The notes under the pieces are model-generated. The model was not told the origin of the DNA. It saw only the letters and a list, made by a program, of their open reading frames with translations, and searched no databases. From NCBI RefSeq assembly GCF_964213995.1, contig NC_135820.1:3478139-3536000 (forward strand): 57,862 nucleotides of DNA, in the 5' to 3' direction. How positions within the stretch are numbered: the first letter of the stretch is position 1; each line of letters begins with the position of its first letter. The position numbers and the translations under genes were made by a program. This DNA comes from Mustelus asterias (Eukaryota). Below, one piece after another: positions 37,586-50,027 of this stretch.

Positions 37586-37898
37586 AAGCACAATGTTCAG
37601 GTCAGCCAGGGTTATCAGAGCAGAGAAAACAACAGCTCCTCGAGAAGATTGGGGGTAAAGTGGGTGAAATGGTGGCTCTGAAAAGATGCCCGATGCTTTG
37701 AGTCTGTGAATCACTCATCATTGAAACAATAAATTACATTTTTATAGCGCCTCTCACAATCTCCACCAGTCTCAAAGTGAGCTCATCATTCCAATGACCT
37801 AATCTGATATTGGTTGTTGAATAATCTCTGTCACCATTGTGTCCATGAACAAAATGAAAGGAATCAGTCACTTTCTATTACAATTCATTTATAAATAC

Positions 37899-38038
37899 CT
37901 TTAATATAGTCTTTAAATATTATCTCAATTGTGGCATTTCCAGTCCCGATTGAATTGCTCATAAGACAGCTCACGTTTCCATTCATCCCGGTCTTTACGA
38001 ACACTGAAGTTTTGTTTGTCTCCACTCCTTCTGGTAAC
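37899..38038 (-). CDS. Nectin/PVR/CD96-family receptor, third Ig domain second half
   Basis: Acceptor ggcttttccaag|G, donor G|gtattt, 140 nt, phase 2-1. LPEGVETNKTSVFVKTGMNGNVSCLMSNSIGTGNATIEI supplies the second Cys and the N-x-x-G motif. Confidence 0.9.
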
Positions 38039-38244
38039 CTTGGAAAAGCCAACAACACACATTGAAGAAATGTCCTGGTGACTAAATCCAGGTGATTAAT
38101 GTTAACTCTGGGCTCGATGGAGCAGCCAACCCATTCTGCATTCCTCCAGCTTGTACCTACCACTGGTTGGACGGGTAGGGGACGTCAGGAGGGGTGTATA
38201 ATGGGGCACAAGTGATACAGATGGTATTAATAAGTTAAGGACAA

Positions 38245-39612
38245 ATGAAAGGAAATAGGAATGACCCTGGTAATTATAGGCCGGTTAGTCTTACTTCAGT
38301 GGTCGGTAAGTTAATGGAAAAGGTCCTGAGAGATATTTATGACCATTTAGAAAGATGCAGCTTAATCTGGGATCGTCAACACGGATTCGTGAAGGGTAAG
38401 TCTTGCCTCACAAATTTGATTGAATTCTTTGAGGAGGTAACTAAGTGTGTTGATGAAGGTAGGGCAGTTGATGCTGTATACATGGATTTTAGTAAGGCAT
38501 TTGATAAGGTTCCCCATGGTCGGCTCATGAAGAAAGTAAGGAGGTGTGGGATAGATTGGATAAGTAACTGGCTATCTCATAGAAGACAGAGGGTGGTGGT
38601 GGATGGAAGATTTTCAGACTGGAGACCAGTTACCAGCGGTGTACCACAGGGATCAGTGCTGGGTCCTCTTCTATTTGTGATTTCTATCAATGACTTGGAG
38701 GAGGGGGCTGAAGGGTGGATCAGTAAATTTGCTGATGACACCAAGATTGGTGGAGTAGTGGATGAGGTGGAGGGCTGTTGTAGGCTGCAAAGAGACATTG
38801 ATAGGATGCAGAGCTGGGCTGAAACATGGCAGATGGAGTTTAACCCTGATAAGTGCGAGGTGATTCATTTTGGTAGACAAATTTGAATGCAGATTACAGG
38901 GTCAACGGAGGGTTCTGAGGAATGTGGAGGAACAGAGAGATCTTGGGGTTCCTATCCATAGATCTCTGAAGGTTGCCACTCAAGTGGATAGAGCCGTGAA
39001 CAAGGCCTTTAGTGTGTTAGCGTTTATTAACAGGGGGTTTGAGTTTAAGAGCCGTGGGGTTATGCTGCAACTGTACAGGACCTTGGTGAGACCACATTTG
39101 GAATATTGTGTGCAGTTCTGGTCACCTCACTATAAGAAGGATGTGGAAGCATTGGAGAGAGTGCAGAGGAGATTTACCAGGATGCTGCCTGGTTTGGAGG
39201 GTAGGTCTAATGAGGAAAGGTTGAGGGAGCTGGGGCTTTTCTCTTTAGAGTGGAGGAGGATGAGAGGCAACTTAATAGAGGTTTATAAGGTGATGAGGGG
39301 GATAGATAGAGTGGACGTTCAGAGACTATTTCCTCGGGTGGATGTAGCTGTTACTAGGAGGCATAACTATAAGGCTCATGGTGGGAGATATCGGAGGAAT
39401 GTCCGAGGTAGGTTCTTTACTCAGAGAGTGGTTGGGGTGTGGAATGGACTGCCTGTTGTGATAGTGGAGTCGGACACTTTAGGAACTTTCAAGCGGTTAT
39501 TGGATAGGCACATGGAGCACACCAGAATGATAGGGAGTGGGATAGCTTGATCTTGGTTTCGGACAAAGCTCGGTACAACATTGAGGGCCGAAGGGCCTGT
39601 ACTGTGCTGTAC
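38245..39612 (+). mobile_element. CR1 LINE RT fragment
   Basis: ORFs 38245-38886 and 38870-39550. Confidence 0.95.
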
Positions 39613-39789
39613 TGGGTTAAATGGTGATGGAATAATCAAGATCGGAAGCACTGAGATAGAGGAACAATCTAAGTACATTCTGTCAATGATAAACATCAAG
39701 CTTACATCCACAAATACAATCACATTGGTGTCCAGATCACCAAAAACCTGTCCTGGTCCCCCCAGGCCGACACTATAGTTAAGAAAGCT

Positions 39790-40350
39790 CACCAATGCCC
39801 CTACTTTCTCAGAAGACGAAGTAAATTTGGCATGTCAGCTACGATTCTCACCAACTTTTACAGATGCACCATAGAAAGCATTCTTTCTGGTTGTGTCACA
39901 GCTTGGTATGTCTCCTGCTCTGCCCAAGGCCACAAGAAACTACAAAGGGTCTTGAACGAAGCCCAGTCCATCACTCAAACCAGCCTCCCATTCATTGACT
40001 CTGTCTACACTTCCCGCTGCCTCCGAAAAGCAGCCAGCATAATTAAGGACCCACGTACCCCGGACATTCTCTCTCCCACCTTTTTCCATTGGGAAAAGTA
40101 TACAGAAGTCTGAGGTCAAATATCAACCGACACAAAAGCAGCTTCTTCCCTGCTGCCATCAGATTTTTGAATGGTCCTACCGCGCACTAAGTTGATCTTT
40201 CTCTGCACCCTATCTATGACTGTAGCATTACATTCTGTACTTTCTTTTCCTTCTCTATGAATGGTATGCTTTTTCTGTAGAGCATCCAAGAAACAATACT
40301 TTTCACTGCATCGCAATACATGTGACAATAATAAATCAAATCAAATCAAA
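39790..40350 (+). mobile_element. Rex1/Babar-type LINE 3' fragment
   Basis: LTNFYRCTIESILSGCVTAWY...KKLQRV; tail tgacaataataaa(tcaaa)n. Confidence 0.88.
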
Positions 40351-40659
40351 TGAAAACATTTAGATTCACTCGGGTAAGAGGCATGACCAGGTGAGCTGAG
40401 TAATCTCTGTAAGTCCAACAGCATCAGCATGAGGGTGATAACATGTCTAATTCAGTCACTAGAGTGCATTGTTACACTCCATGGAGCTGAGAATTGGACT
40501 CTGAAGGGTGAAGTTGAGTGAAGAACAGCTTTTGAAATAAGCTTTTGGTGGAGGATGCTTCGAATCAGTCGGAATGACAGAAAGACAAACGAGGGGGTCA
40601 GATCAAGAGGAGGAGTTGAGGAGTCAAAAGGGTTTTTGAAAACGGTAACAGAAAGTAAG

Positions 40660-41000
40660 GGGAGGTGATGGCCCAGTGATATTGTTGCTAGATAATTAAT
40701 CCAGAAACTCAGTGAATGTTCTGGGGACCCGGGTTCGAATCCCGTCACAGCAGCTCGTGGAATCTGAATTTTTTAAACATCTGGAATTAAGAATCTGCTG
40801 ATTGCTGATTGTGGGAAAAACCCATCTGGTTCACTAATGTCCTTTAGGGAAAGAAATCTGCCGTCCTTACCTCGTCTCACCTTCATGTGACTCCAGAGCC
40901 ACAGCAATGTGGTTGACTCTCAACTGCACCTCGGGCAGCTAGGGATGGGCACTAAATGCTGGCCAGCCAGCGACACCCATGTCCAATGAATGAAAAAAAG
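40660..41000 (+). mobile_element. Second tRNA-headed SINE family (others at 9487-10143-, 25272-25630+, 55457-55690+)
   Basis: A box TGGCC(C/T)AGTG, B box GGTTCGAATCC, body aaacccatctggttcactaatgtcctttaggg, tail agggatgggca.taaatgctggccagccagcga. Confidence 0.88.
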
Positions 41001-41597
41001 ACAACTGCATTTGGAGTTTGGAAATGAAGACCTGAGAGTGTTGCCATGGCAACAATTGATGGAGGGAGTGAGGGTAAAGAGAAAGAAGGAGGGTTGGACA
41101 GGAGGATGCTATTGAGATTGGATTGTGGGAGGATTGTAGGAAACCAGAGAAGAAGGAAGACAATGTTGATGATCCTGCTGAGGGGAATGTGACAATAAGC
41201 AAAGATACAATGGGAGACCAATCTTCTACTGCCTGTTTCCCTTTATCACCCAAAGGGAAATCTGTCCCAAAGATTTCTGGCACAGAACCTCGTACAACAA
41301 ACCATCCTAATTGCTATTTGTCAGAAGTTCTCCTGCACTCTGGGCTTCTCGATAACATCTGTTGTACATCAGTCCAATCCCACCCAGGCTACTTAGCGCG
41401 CGATACACACTCTTGTATTGTGGGTGCATTTAGACCGATATTAAACTCCAATACATTAGTTTACCCCATCATCTTATTCATAAGTATTGCCTGCATGCTA
41501 ATCACACACATAATGATATCCTCCCCTTCTCCTTCCGCGCTGCCTTAACCTGCAGAGCAGATTCATTCTTAATGCTGGTTCTAGTGACCGGCCATAT

Positions 41598-41945
41598 AAA
41601 GAACAGAAAATGCCGGATCACCTCAGCAGCTCTGGCAGCGTCTGTGGAGAGAGAGAAGCAGAGTTAACATCTCGCGACCCCATGACTCTTCTCAGAGCTG
41701 AAGAGGGGTGATGGATTATACAGTGAGAGAATGTGTCCCAGAATCGGGATGGGTTGAAGTTCATGAAAGGTGTAATGGACACAAGACAAAGGGAGTGTTA
41801 ATGGCAGCATGAAGGACTAAAGAAGGTGCGGGTAGTGGCAAAGATAGCAGAATATGTGAATCGGAGAACAAAGGTCAGTGCTTATTGAAAGCAAAGCTGA
41901 TGAACAAGTGACAGGTGGCCCTGTGGTGAGAGGGAGAGGGAGTGG
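41598..41945 (-). mobile_element. Degenerate pseudo-LTR of a probable second Penelope-like family (related piece at 33180-33250 on plus)
   Basis: aacagaaaatgccgga...cagcagctctggcagcgtctgtggagagagag...gttaac with a decayed CTGA..GAA hammerhead-like core on minus. Family assignment is from memory. Confidence 0.5.
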
Positions 41946-42527
41946 TTGATTTGGGCCAGTAACAAGTCATGTTGGTTCTGCTCACTAAGCGGTTAAGTGG
42001 CCAAAGGACACATAACCCTGAAATACAAATGTTTTTTTTGGGTTTAGTTGTATTTTGTGGGTGTGACATTTCACTGGGCTGAAAGTGGCAACTCAGATTG
42101 TTGCATTTTTTTTTCCAACTACCCACACAATGAAACACAAACCTCCAGTTGTGTTTGTTTTATTGTTTAATCTAGTTGGTGTTCCTGGAGCTGAAGGTGC
42201 AATCTGATGATGATGAGTTTAGGAAATGACCTCGCTCTTCTCTGACAATCTATTTCCACCTGGTCACAGGATCCAGATTCTCAGTTCACTGTTTCTCATT
42301 GAAACATACATCCAGCGGCAGCCAGTGAAGATTCAGCTCTGACTCCCGTGTGTGTCCAACACATTTTCACCAATGTTGCCCTGGAAACAGCGACATGTGG
42401 AGAGAGGTTGCCGGGATAGACCTGTTTTCCCAGTTTAATGGCATGTCACAATTCTGAACCATCCATTATCTCCACAGGATCGGAAATATACACAATGAAA
42501 TTCTCAATGAATTCAGCACATGTTTAC

Positions 42528-42630
42528 CCTCGCCAAGAATAGGTTCCTGCTGGAGGATTGGCTTCCGCGACACATTTGAGGCTGACACCCCCGTTGCCAT
42601 CGTCATGTATTATGGTCACTTCTGGTGGAT
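42528..42630 (-). CDS. Nectin/PVR/CD96-family receptor, third Ig domain first half
   Basis: Acceptor ttcccccatag|AT, donor GG|gtaaac, 103 nt, phase 1-2. (Y)PPEVTI...LKCVAEANPPAGTYSWR matches the start of nectin/PVR domain 3. Confidence 0.93.
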
Positions 42631-44088
42631 CTATGGGGGAAATGATTGTGTTCATGTGGTCAGTGCCTCCAGTATAGCAAAGAATCCAACTTTGTATTTG
42701 TGTCAAAGTGGCCACAGCAACAAGAAACTATATTAACCATAGAAACATAGAATCATACAGTGCAGGAGGAAGCCATTTGGCCCATCGAGCTTGCACTGAC
42801 AACAATCGCACCCAGGCCTTATCCCTGTAACTCCACATATTTACCCCACGAGTCCCACTGACACTAAGGGGCAATTTAACATGGCCAATCCATCTTACTT
42901 GCTCATCTTTGGACTGTGGGAAGAAACCAGAGCTCCTGGATGAACTATGCAATCTTAAAATATCAAAAAGTGATTGCTTTCAATGTCGAATGAACCACAA
43001 GCATGTGGTAGAACACAGGAGGTGGCACGGTCGCGCAGTGGTTAGCACTGCTGCCTCACAGTGCCAGGGACCCAGGTTCAATTCCGGCCTCGGGTCTCTG
43101 TCTGTGTGGTTCGCATGTTCTCCCCCTGTCCGCGTGGGTTTCCTCCGGGTGCTCCAGTTTCCTCCCACAGTCCGAAAGATGTGCTGGTTAGCTGCATTGG
43201 ACATGCTAAATTCTCCCTCAGTGTACCCGAACAGGCGCCGGACTGTGGTGACTAGGAGATTTTCACGGTGACTCCTTTGCAGTGTTAATGTAAGCCTACT
43301 TGTGACACTAATAAATAACTCCACACTGTTTGTGTGGAGTTTGCACATTCTCCCCGTGTCTGCATGGGTTTACTCCGGGTGCTCCAGTTTCCTCCCACAC
43401 TCCAAAGATGCTCGAGTTAGGTTGATTGGCCATGCTAAACTGCCCCTTGGTGTCAGGGGGATTAACACGTGGGGTGACGGGGATTGGGCCTGGGTGGGAT
43501 TGTGGTCTGTGCAGGCTCGATGGGCTGAATGGCTTCCTTCTGCACTGTACGGTTTGTCTGATTCTATAAAACATCCATAGTTTAACATATCCCCTGGAAT
43601 GTGTGACTTCCACACAAGGGGAAGTAGATATTTCGGAAGACCACCGCCTGGAGGTTCCCCTCCAAGCAACTTTCCATCCTGACTGGTAAATATATCGGCC
43701 GTCCCTTCACTGTCGCTGGGTCAAAATCTTGGAACTCCCTCCTGAACAGCGTTGTGGGCAAACCTATACCTCAGAGACTTCAGCGGTTCAAGAAGGCAGC
43801 TCACCACCATCTTCTCAAGGGGCAATTAGGGATGGGCGATCCTGATCTGCCCACATTCCATAAATGAATTTTTAAAGACTTGTTCTGACAACTGAAGTCT
43901 CAGCCACCTCACAGCATCAGGGACTCCAGTCCGATTCCAGCCTCAGGAGTTTGTCTGTGTGGAATCTATTTGTGCGGAGTCTGCATGTTTTCCCTGTGTC
44001 TGTGTGGGTTTCCTTCAGGAGCTCCGTTTTCTTCCCACAGTCCCAAGATGCGCGGGTTAAGTGGATTGGCCGTGCCAAATTGACACTC

Positions 44089-44216
44089 TGGGCGGGATTT
44101 TACTGGCACGTCTGCCCAAGGTTCGTACGATCCCACCTGAGGCCAGTAGAGAATGCCGATCTCCGAGCCTCGCCCGCCCCCAAATCAGGGCTGGCATGCT
44201 GGTAAAATTCTGGCCT
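44089..44216. mobile_element. Short MITE with related termini (similar short elements at 8528-8647, 18048-18178, 47740-47937, 54628-54752)
   Basis: GGGCGGGATTTTAC...GTAAAATTCTGGCC; interrupts an HE1-type SINE; shares cccacc(t/c)gaggcca..gagaatgccg with 8565-8592. Confidence 0.7.
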
Positions 44217-44698
44217 TCGTGTCAGGGAGAATAGCAGGGTAAATATATGGGGTTATGGGGATGTGGCCTGGGTGGGATTGTTCTCAGTGCAGGTTCGATG
44301 GACTGAATGGCCTCTTTCTGCACTGCAGGGATTCTATGATTCTCGGATAATGTCCATTTTGCACTACAACAACCTGCTACATTGATGTAGCAATTTTCAT
44401 ATTGTACTCCAAATTGTAATTTCTGAAAAAGAGTGATTTAATAACTGTACGTTGATCAGATAGTTGCTTAAATCTGCGCTCTGGAACAATATGTTGGTCT
44501 TTGACTTATTTAATATATTCAGTTGGGGTTTACAAATGGACGGGTGGTGAAATGAAACAAAACCGCTCGTTCCGAACCTCCCAGAAACCCTGTCATTGCA
44601 GATACCCAGAAACACAATGAGATAAATTTAATCCTGTTCCAATTGAGCAGGAGTTTGCTATCGTGCGTCTCTAATTGGATTGAACTATTTGTCTTTGC

Positions 44699-46522
44699 AC
44701 ATAAGAACATAAGAACTAGTAGCAGGAGTAGGCCATCTGGCCCCTCGAGCCTGCTCCGCCATTCAGTAAGATCATGGCTGACCTTTTTGTGGACTCAGCT
44801 CCACTTACCCGCCCGCTCACCATAACCCTTAATTCCTTGACTGTTCATAAATTTATCTATCCTTGCCTTAAAAACATTCGATGAGGTAGCCTCAACTGCT
44901 TCACTGGGCAGGGAATTCCACAGATTCACAACCCTTTGTGTGAAGAAGTTACTCCTCAACTCAGTCCTAAATCTGCTTCCCCTTATTTTAAGGCTATGCC
45001 CCCTAGTTCTAGTTTCACCCGCCAGTGGAAACAACTTCCCTACTTCTATCTTATCTATTCCCTTCATAATCTTATATGTTTTTATAAGATTTCCCCTCAT
45101 TCTTCCGAATTCCAATGAGTATAGCCCCAGTCTACTCAGTCTCTCCTCATAAGCCAACCCTCTCTACTCCAGAATCAACCTAGTGAATCTCCTCTGCACC
45201 CCCTCCAGTGCCAGTATATCCTTTCTCAAGTAAGGAGACCAAAGCTGTACACAGTACTCCAGGTGTGGCCTCACCAGCACCTTATACAGCTGCAACATAA
45301 CCTCGCTGTTTTTAAACTCCATCCCTCTAGCAATGAAGGACAAAGTTCCATTTGCCTTCTTAATTACCTGCTGCACCTGCAAACCAACTCCTTGAGATTC
45401 CTGCACAAGGACACCCAGGTCCCTCTGCACAGCAGCATGCTGCAATTTTTTACCATATAAATAATATTCCATTTTGCTGTTATTCCTACCAAAATGGATG
45501 ACCTCACATTTACCAACATTGTACTCCATCTGCCAGACCCTCGCCCACTCACTTAGACTATCTCTATCCCTTTGCAGACTTTCAGCGTCCCCTGCACACT
45601 TTACTCTGCCACTCATCTTAGTGTCATCTGTGAATTTTGACACACTACTCTTGGTCCCCAACTCCAAATCATCTATGTAAATCGTAAACACTGATCCCTG
45701 AGGCACACCACTAGTCACTGATCGCCAACCAGAAAAATACCCATTTACCCCCACTCTTTGCTTTCTGTTAGTTAACCAATCCTCTATCCATGCTATTACA
45801 TTACCTGTAACACCGTGCACCTTTATCTTATGTCGCAGTCTTTGGTGCAGCCCCTTGTCAAATGCCTTCTGGAAATCCAGATACACCACATCCACAGGTT
45901 CCCCATTGTCCACTGCACATGTAATGTTCTCAAAGAATTCCAGCACACTAGTCAAACATGACCTGCCCTTCATGAACCCATGCTGCGTCTTACCAATGGG
46001 ACAATTTATATCCGGATGTCTCGCTATTTCTTCCTTGATGGTAGATTCAAGCATTTTCCCTCCTACAGAAGTTAAGCTAACTGGCCTATTGTTACCTGCC
46101 TTTTGTCTACCTCCTTTTTTAAACAGTGGCGTCACATTTGCTGTTTTTCAATCTGCGGGAACCACCCCAGAGTCCAGCGAATTTTGGTAAATTACCACCA
46201 GTGCATTTGCTATTCCCCCGCCATCTCTTTTAACACCCTGGGATGCATTCCATCAGGACCAGGAGACTTGTCTACCTTTAGTCCCATTAACTTGCCCAAC
46301 ACTACCTCTTTCGTGATAATGATAGTTTCTAGTTCCTCACCTGCCATAGCCTTCCTGTCATCAATTTTTGGCATGTTATTTGTGTCTTCCACTGTGAAGA
46401 CCGACACAAAATACCTGTTCAATGCCTCAGCCATTTTCTCATTTCCAGTTATTACATCCCCTTTCTCGTCCTCTAAAGGACCCATGTTTACTTTCGCCAC
46501 TCTTTTTCGTTTTATATATTTG
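44699..46522 (-). mobile_element. CR1 LINE fragment starting ~30 bp after the domain-2 exon donor
   Basis: ORFs 46210-46500, 45164-46135, 44795-45157; (TTCTTATG) tail. Confidence 0.95.
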
Positions 46523-46551
46523 TAGAAAATATATTTGTACAGGGGACTTAC

Positions 46552-46845
46552 AGAGGATGGACAGTTTTATTGTCAACGGAATGGTGCTCTGTGATGCTGG
46601 GTGGGAGATAACACAAGTCAATTCTTGACCATCAGTGGATCGAGTGGGTGCCACCTTGTACAGGCTGGTGACAGTTGTTGTTCCATTGTCGCTTTTATTC
46701 TGGGTTGTTGTATAGTTTCCATGGAGATTGGAAATCCAGCTGATCCCGGCTGGCGGGTTCCCATTGGCTGAAACACATCTTGCCACAGGCACTTCTGAAA
46801 GGCCAGCTGTTGCAGGAATCGGTGTCGCTGAGTTGATGGGATTTA
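46552..46845 (-). CDS. Nectin/PVR/CD96-family receptor, second Ig (C-type) exon
   Basis: Acceptor tctcccccaag|TA, donor T|gtaagt, 294 nt, phase 1-1. VARCVSANGNPPAGISW...TVTSLYKVAPTRSTDGQELTCVISHP is typical of nectin domain 2. Confidence 0.95.
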
Positions 46846-47210
46846 CTTGGGGGAGATTAACAAGAAATAGATTCAATGTCAGTTTCAAACATGACAATAT
46901 CTTGTAATTAATATAGAACAGAAACATGAAACAGATGAATATTTCTATGTCCCAAAGTGTCAAATAGCCCAAAGGTATGATGGATATGTTATAGGAAGAG
47001 AGAGAAACAAAGAGGGAAAGTGAGAAAGAGGGAAGAAGACATTGTAAAACATAAGGAATGAGCAGGAATATAATAAGTAATGTGATTGTTTTCAATTTGG
47101 AAACATCCTTTACCCTTACTGATTAAAATCTTTCTATCTCAGCCTTGAACACACTTAATGACCCAGTCTCGACAGCCCTCTGCGGTTTCAAAGTCAGTTT
47201 CAAACATATC

Positions 47211-47258
47211 GTTTCTGCTCCAGACGAGTTACGTTTGTAACTCGTCTGGAGCAGAAAC
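47211..47258. repeat. Perfect 22-bp inverted repeat with 4-nt loop
   Basis: GTTTCTGCTCCAGACGAGTTAC-gttt-GTAACTCGTCTGGAGCAGAAAC. Confidence 0.97.
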
Positions 47259-47289
47259 ATGAGTTAATGTCTCTTTAGGTAAATGTGGG

Positions 47290-50025
47290 TATTATTCAGC
47301 ACAAATTAACTGAATTAACGACAGAAATTGAGGTTAATGGGTGTGATCTTATAGCCATTATAGAGACATGGTTACAGGGAGATAAAGCTGGGAGCTATGT
47401 GACAGAAGTATGCAAAATGTTGGAAGGATAGGCAGGAAGGAAAGAGTAATGGGGTCGCTTTGTTAGTATGAGATGGAATAAGTACAAAAGCAAGAAAGGA
47501 TCTCCACCCATCCATTTGGGTGGAGGTACGAAATAACAAGGGGAAGAACACACCGGTGGGAGTAGTCTATAGGCCCCCTAGTGGTAGTGATACTGTCGGA
47601 CAGAGAATAAATCAGGAGATAATGAGGGCATGTAAAAATGTAAAAGAAAAGTGCATCAATCGTGGCTGACTTTAATTTTTATGTGGGTTGCAAAATTCAA
47701 ATTGGCAGAGGCAGCCATGAGGAAGAATATGTACAAAAGGTGAGATTCTCTGGCTTCCGAGCTACGTGTTTCCCGCCAGTGGGAGGGACCATGTTGTTTG
47801 TTAGCGGTGGGATTCTCTGTCGTCGATGGGGATTCACATTGACATCATCCCACACCGGCAGGAAACCCCCGGGCAGGTGAGTGCAGCCAGCGGGACTGGA
47901 GAATCCCGCCAGCGTGAACAACTGGAGAATTCTGGCTAATGTATTGGGGACAGTTTCCGAGTACAATATGTGTTGGATACAACCAGGGGTATTTTGGATC
48001 TGGTAATGTGCAATGAGGCTGATTTAATGAACAGTCTCAGAGTAAAAGGTCCCAGAGAAAAGAGTGACCATGACATGGTAGAACTTAGCATTCAGTTTGA
48101 GAATGAAGACCTTGGGTCAAAAACAACTGTGCCAAACTTAAGTAAGTGTAATTACAAAGAAGTTGGGACAGAGCTGACTGGAGTGGACTGGGAAAGGAGC
48201 CAATCAGAAAAGTTGGCTGATCAGCAATGGCAGTCATTCATAGAATCATAGAATCCCCACAGTGCAGAATGAAGCCATTCAGCCCATCGAGTCTGCACCG
48301 ACCACAATCCCACCCAGGCCCTATTCCCATAACTCCATGCATTTACCCCAACTGGACCACCTGACACTCAGGGTCAATTTAGCATGGTCAATCCACCTAA
48401 CCTCACACATTGTGAGAGGAAACTGAGAAGGAGGCCATTCGGCCCATCGAGTCTGCACTGACAACAATCCCACCCCAGGCCCTGTCCCCGAAACCCCACA
48501 TACTTACCCCCCTAATCCCTCTAAAATACATATCCTGGGACACTAAGGGGCAATTTAGCATGGCCAATCAACCTAGCCCGCACATCTTTGCACTGTGGGA
48601 GGAAACTGGAGCACCCGGAGGAAACCCACACAGGCACGGGGAAAATATTCAAACTCCACACAGACAGTGACCCAAGCCAGGAATTGAACCTGGGTCCCTG
48701 GCGCTGTGAGGCAGCAGTGCTAACCACCGTGTCACTGTGCCACCAATAGGCGAAAATAATCTGTAACTCTCAACAAAGATATATCCCAGTGAAGAAGGAT
48801 TCTAGGAAGGGGATAAAAGAACATATCTCAGAATCGAACAAAGAAGATAAGGATAGTATTAAAGTTAAAGAAAAAAGCAGAAAATATTGCAAAAATTAGT
48901 CAGAGGATTGGGAAAGTTTCAAAAGCCAAAAAAGATGACCAAAAATAACAGAGGGAAAAGATAAACTGTGACGGTAAACGAGCAAATAATATAACTCTGT
49001 ATGTTATCCAGAAAGAAATATATATTAAAAAATCAGTCATTGGAGATTATTTAAATATATAAAAAGGAAGAGAGAGAGAGCAAAGTGAGCAGAGCGCGCT
49101 TCGAGAATCAAACTGGGGAAATAATAATGGGTGACCAGAAAATGATAGATCAGTTAAATAAATACTTAACACCAGTCTTACATAGAACCATCGACAGGTT
49201 ACAGCACAGAAGAAGGCCATTTGGCCTATCTTGCCCATGCCAGGCCAAAGACACTCATGTGTCCATTCTGATCCCACCTTCCTGCACTTGGCCCATATCC
49301 CTGTAGCTTACAGCACTTCAGATGCAACTCCAGGTATATTTTAAAAGAGTTTAGGGTCTCTGCATCCACCACCAACTCAGGCAGCGAATTCCACAGACCC
49401 ACCACCTTCTGCATAAGGAAGTTCTTCCTCAACTCCCCTTCTGCCACTTATCTTGAATCTATGTCTGCTGGTTCTAGGGGACAACTCTCTACAATGCTAC
49501 AATGCACTAATTGCATTCAAATATATGACAGAATGAAGGGACAAAAGGGGCAGGATGGGAGAGGAAATAATACAATAGCTATCAATAGAGAGAAAGCACG
49601 AGGGAAACTAATGGACCTAAAGGTCGATAAGTCCCCTGGACTTGATGGGCTGCACCTTAGGGTATTAAAGGAAGTATCTGCAGAGATAGTAGATGCATTG
49701 TTAGCAATCTTCCAAGAATCCTTGAAGTCTTGAAAAATCCCAGAGGATTGGAAAACTGCCAATGTAACGTCCCTATAGAAAGGGTGGGAGACAAAACAAC
49801 AAGTATCTAAAGCCTAACATCTGTCACTGGGATAATGTCAGAGTTCGTTATAAAGGATGTAATAGCAGAGCATTTAAAAATACATCATATAATCAAGCAG
49901 TCAGCATGGCTTCATGAAGGGAAAACCATGCCTGAAAAATTTCTTTCTGGTGAGGATTGAGCAGGATAGATATAGGGAAACCAGTAGATGTAATATATTT
50001 GGATTTTCACAAAATATTCAATGAG
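47290..50025 (+). mobile_element. Old degenerate CR1 LINE (APE to start of RT) with nested SINEs, MITE and a CR1 tail
   Basis: ILDLVMCNE...KSDHDMVE (47970-48251), KVDKSPGLDGLHLRVLKE (49461-49733), cagcatggcttcatgaagg at ~49902. Confidence 0.85.
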
Positions 50026-50027
50026 AT

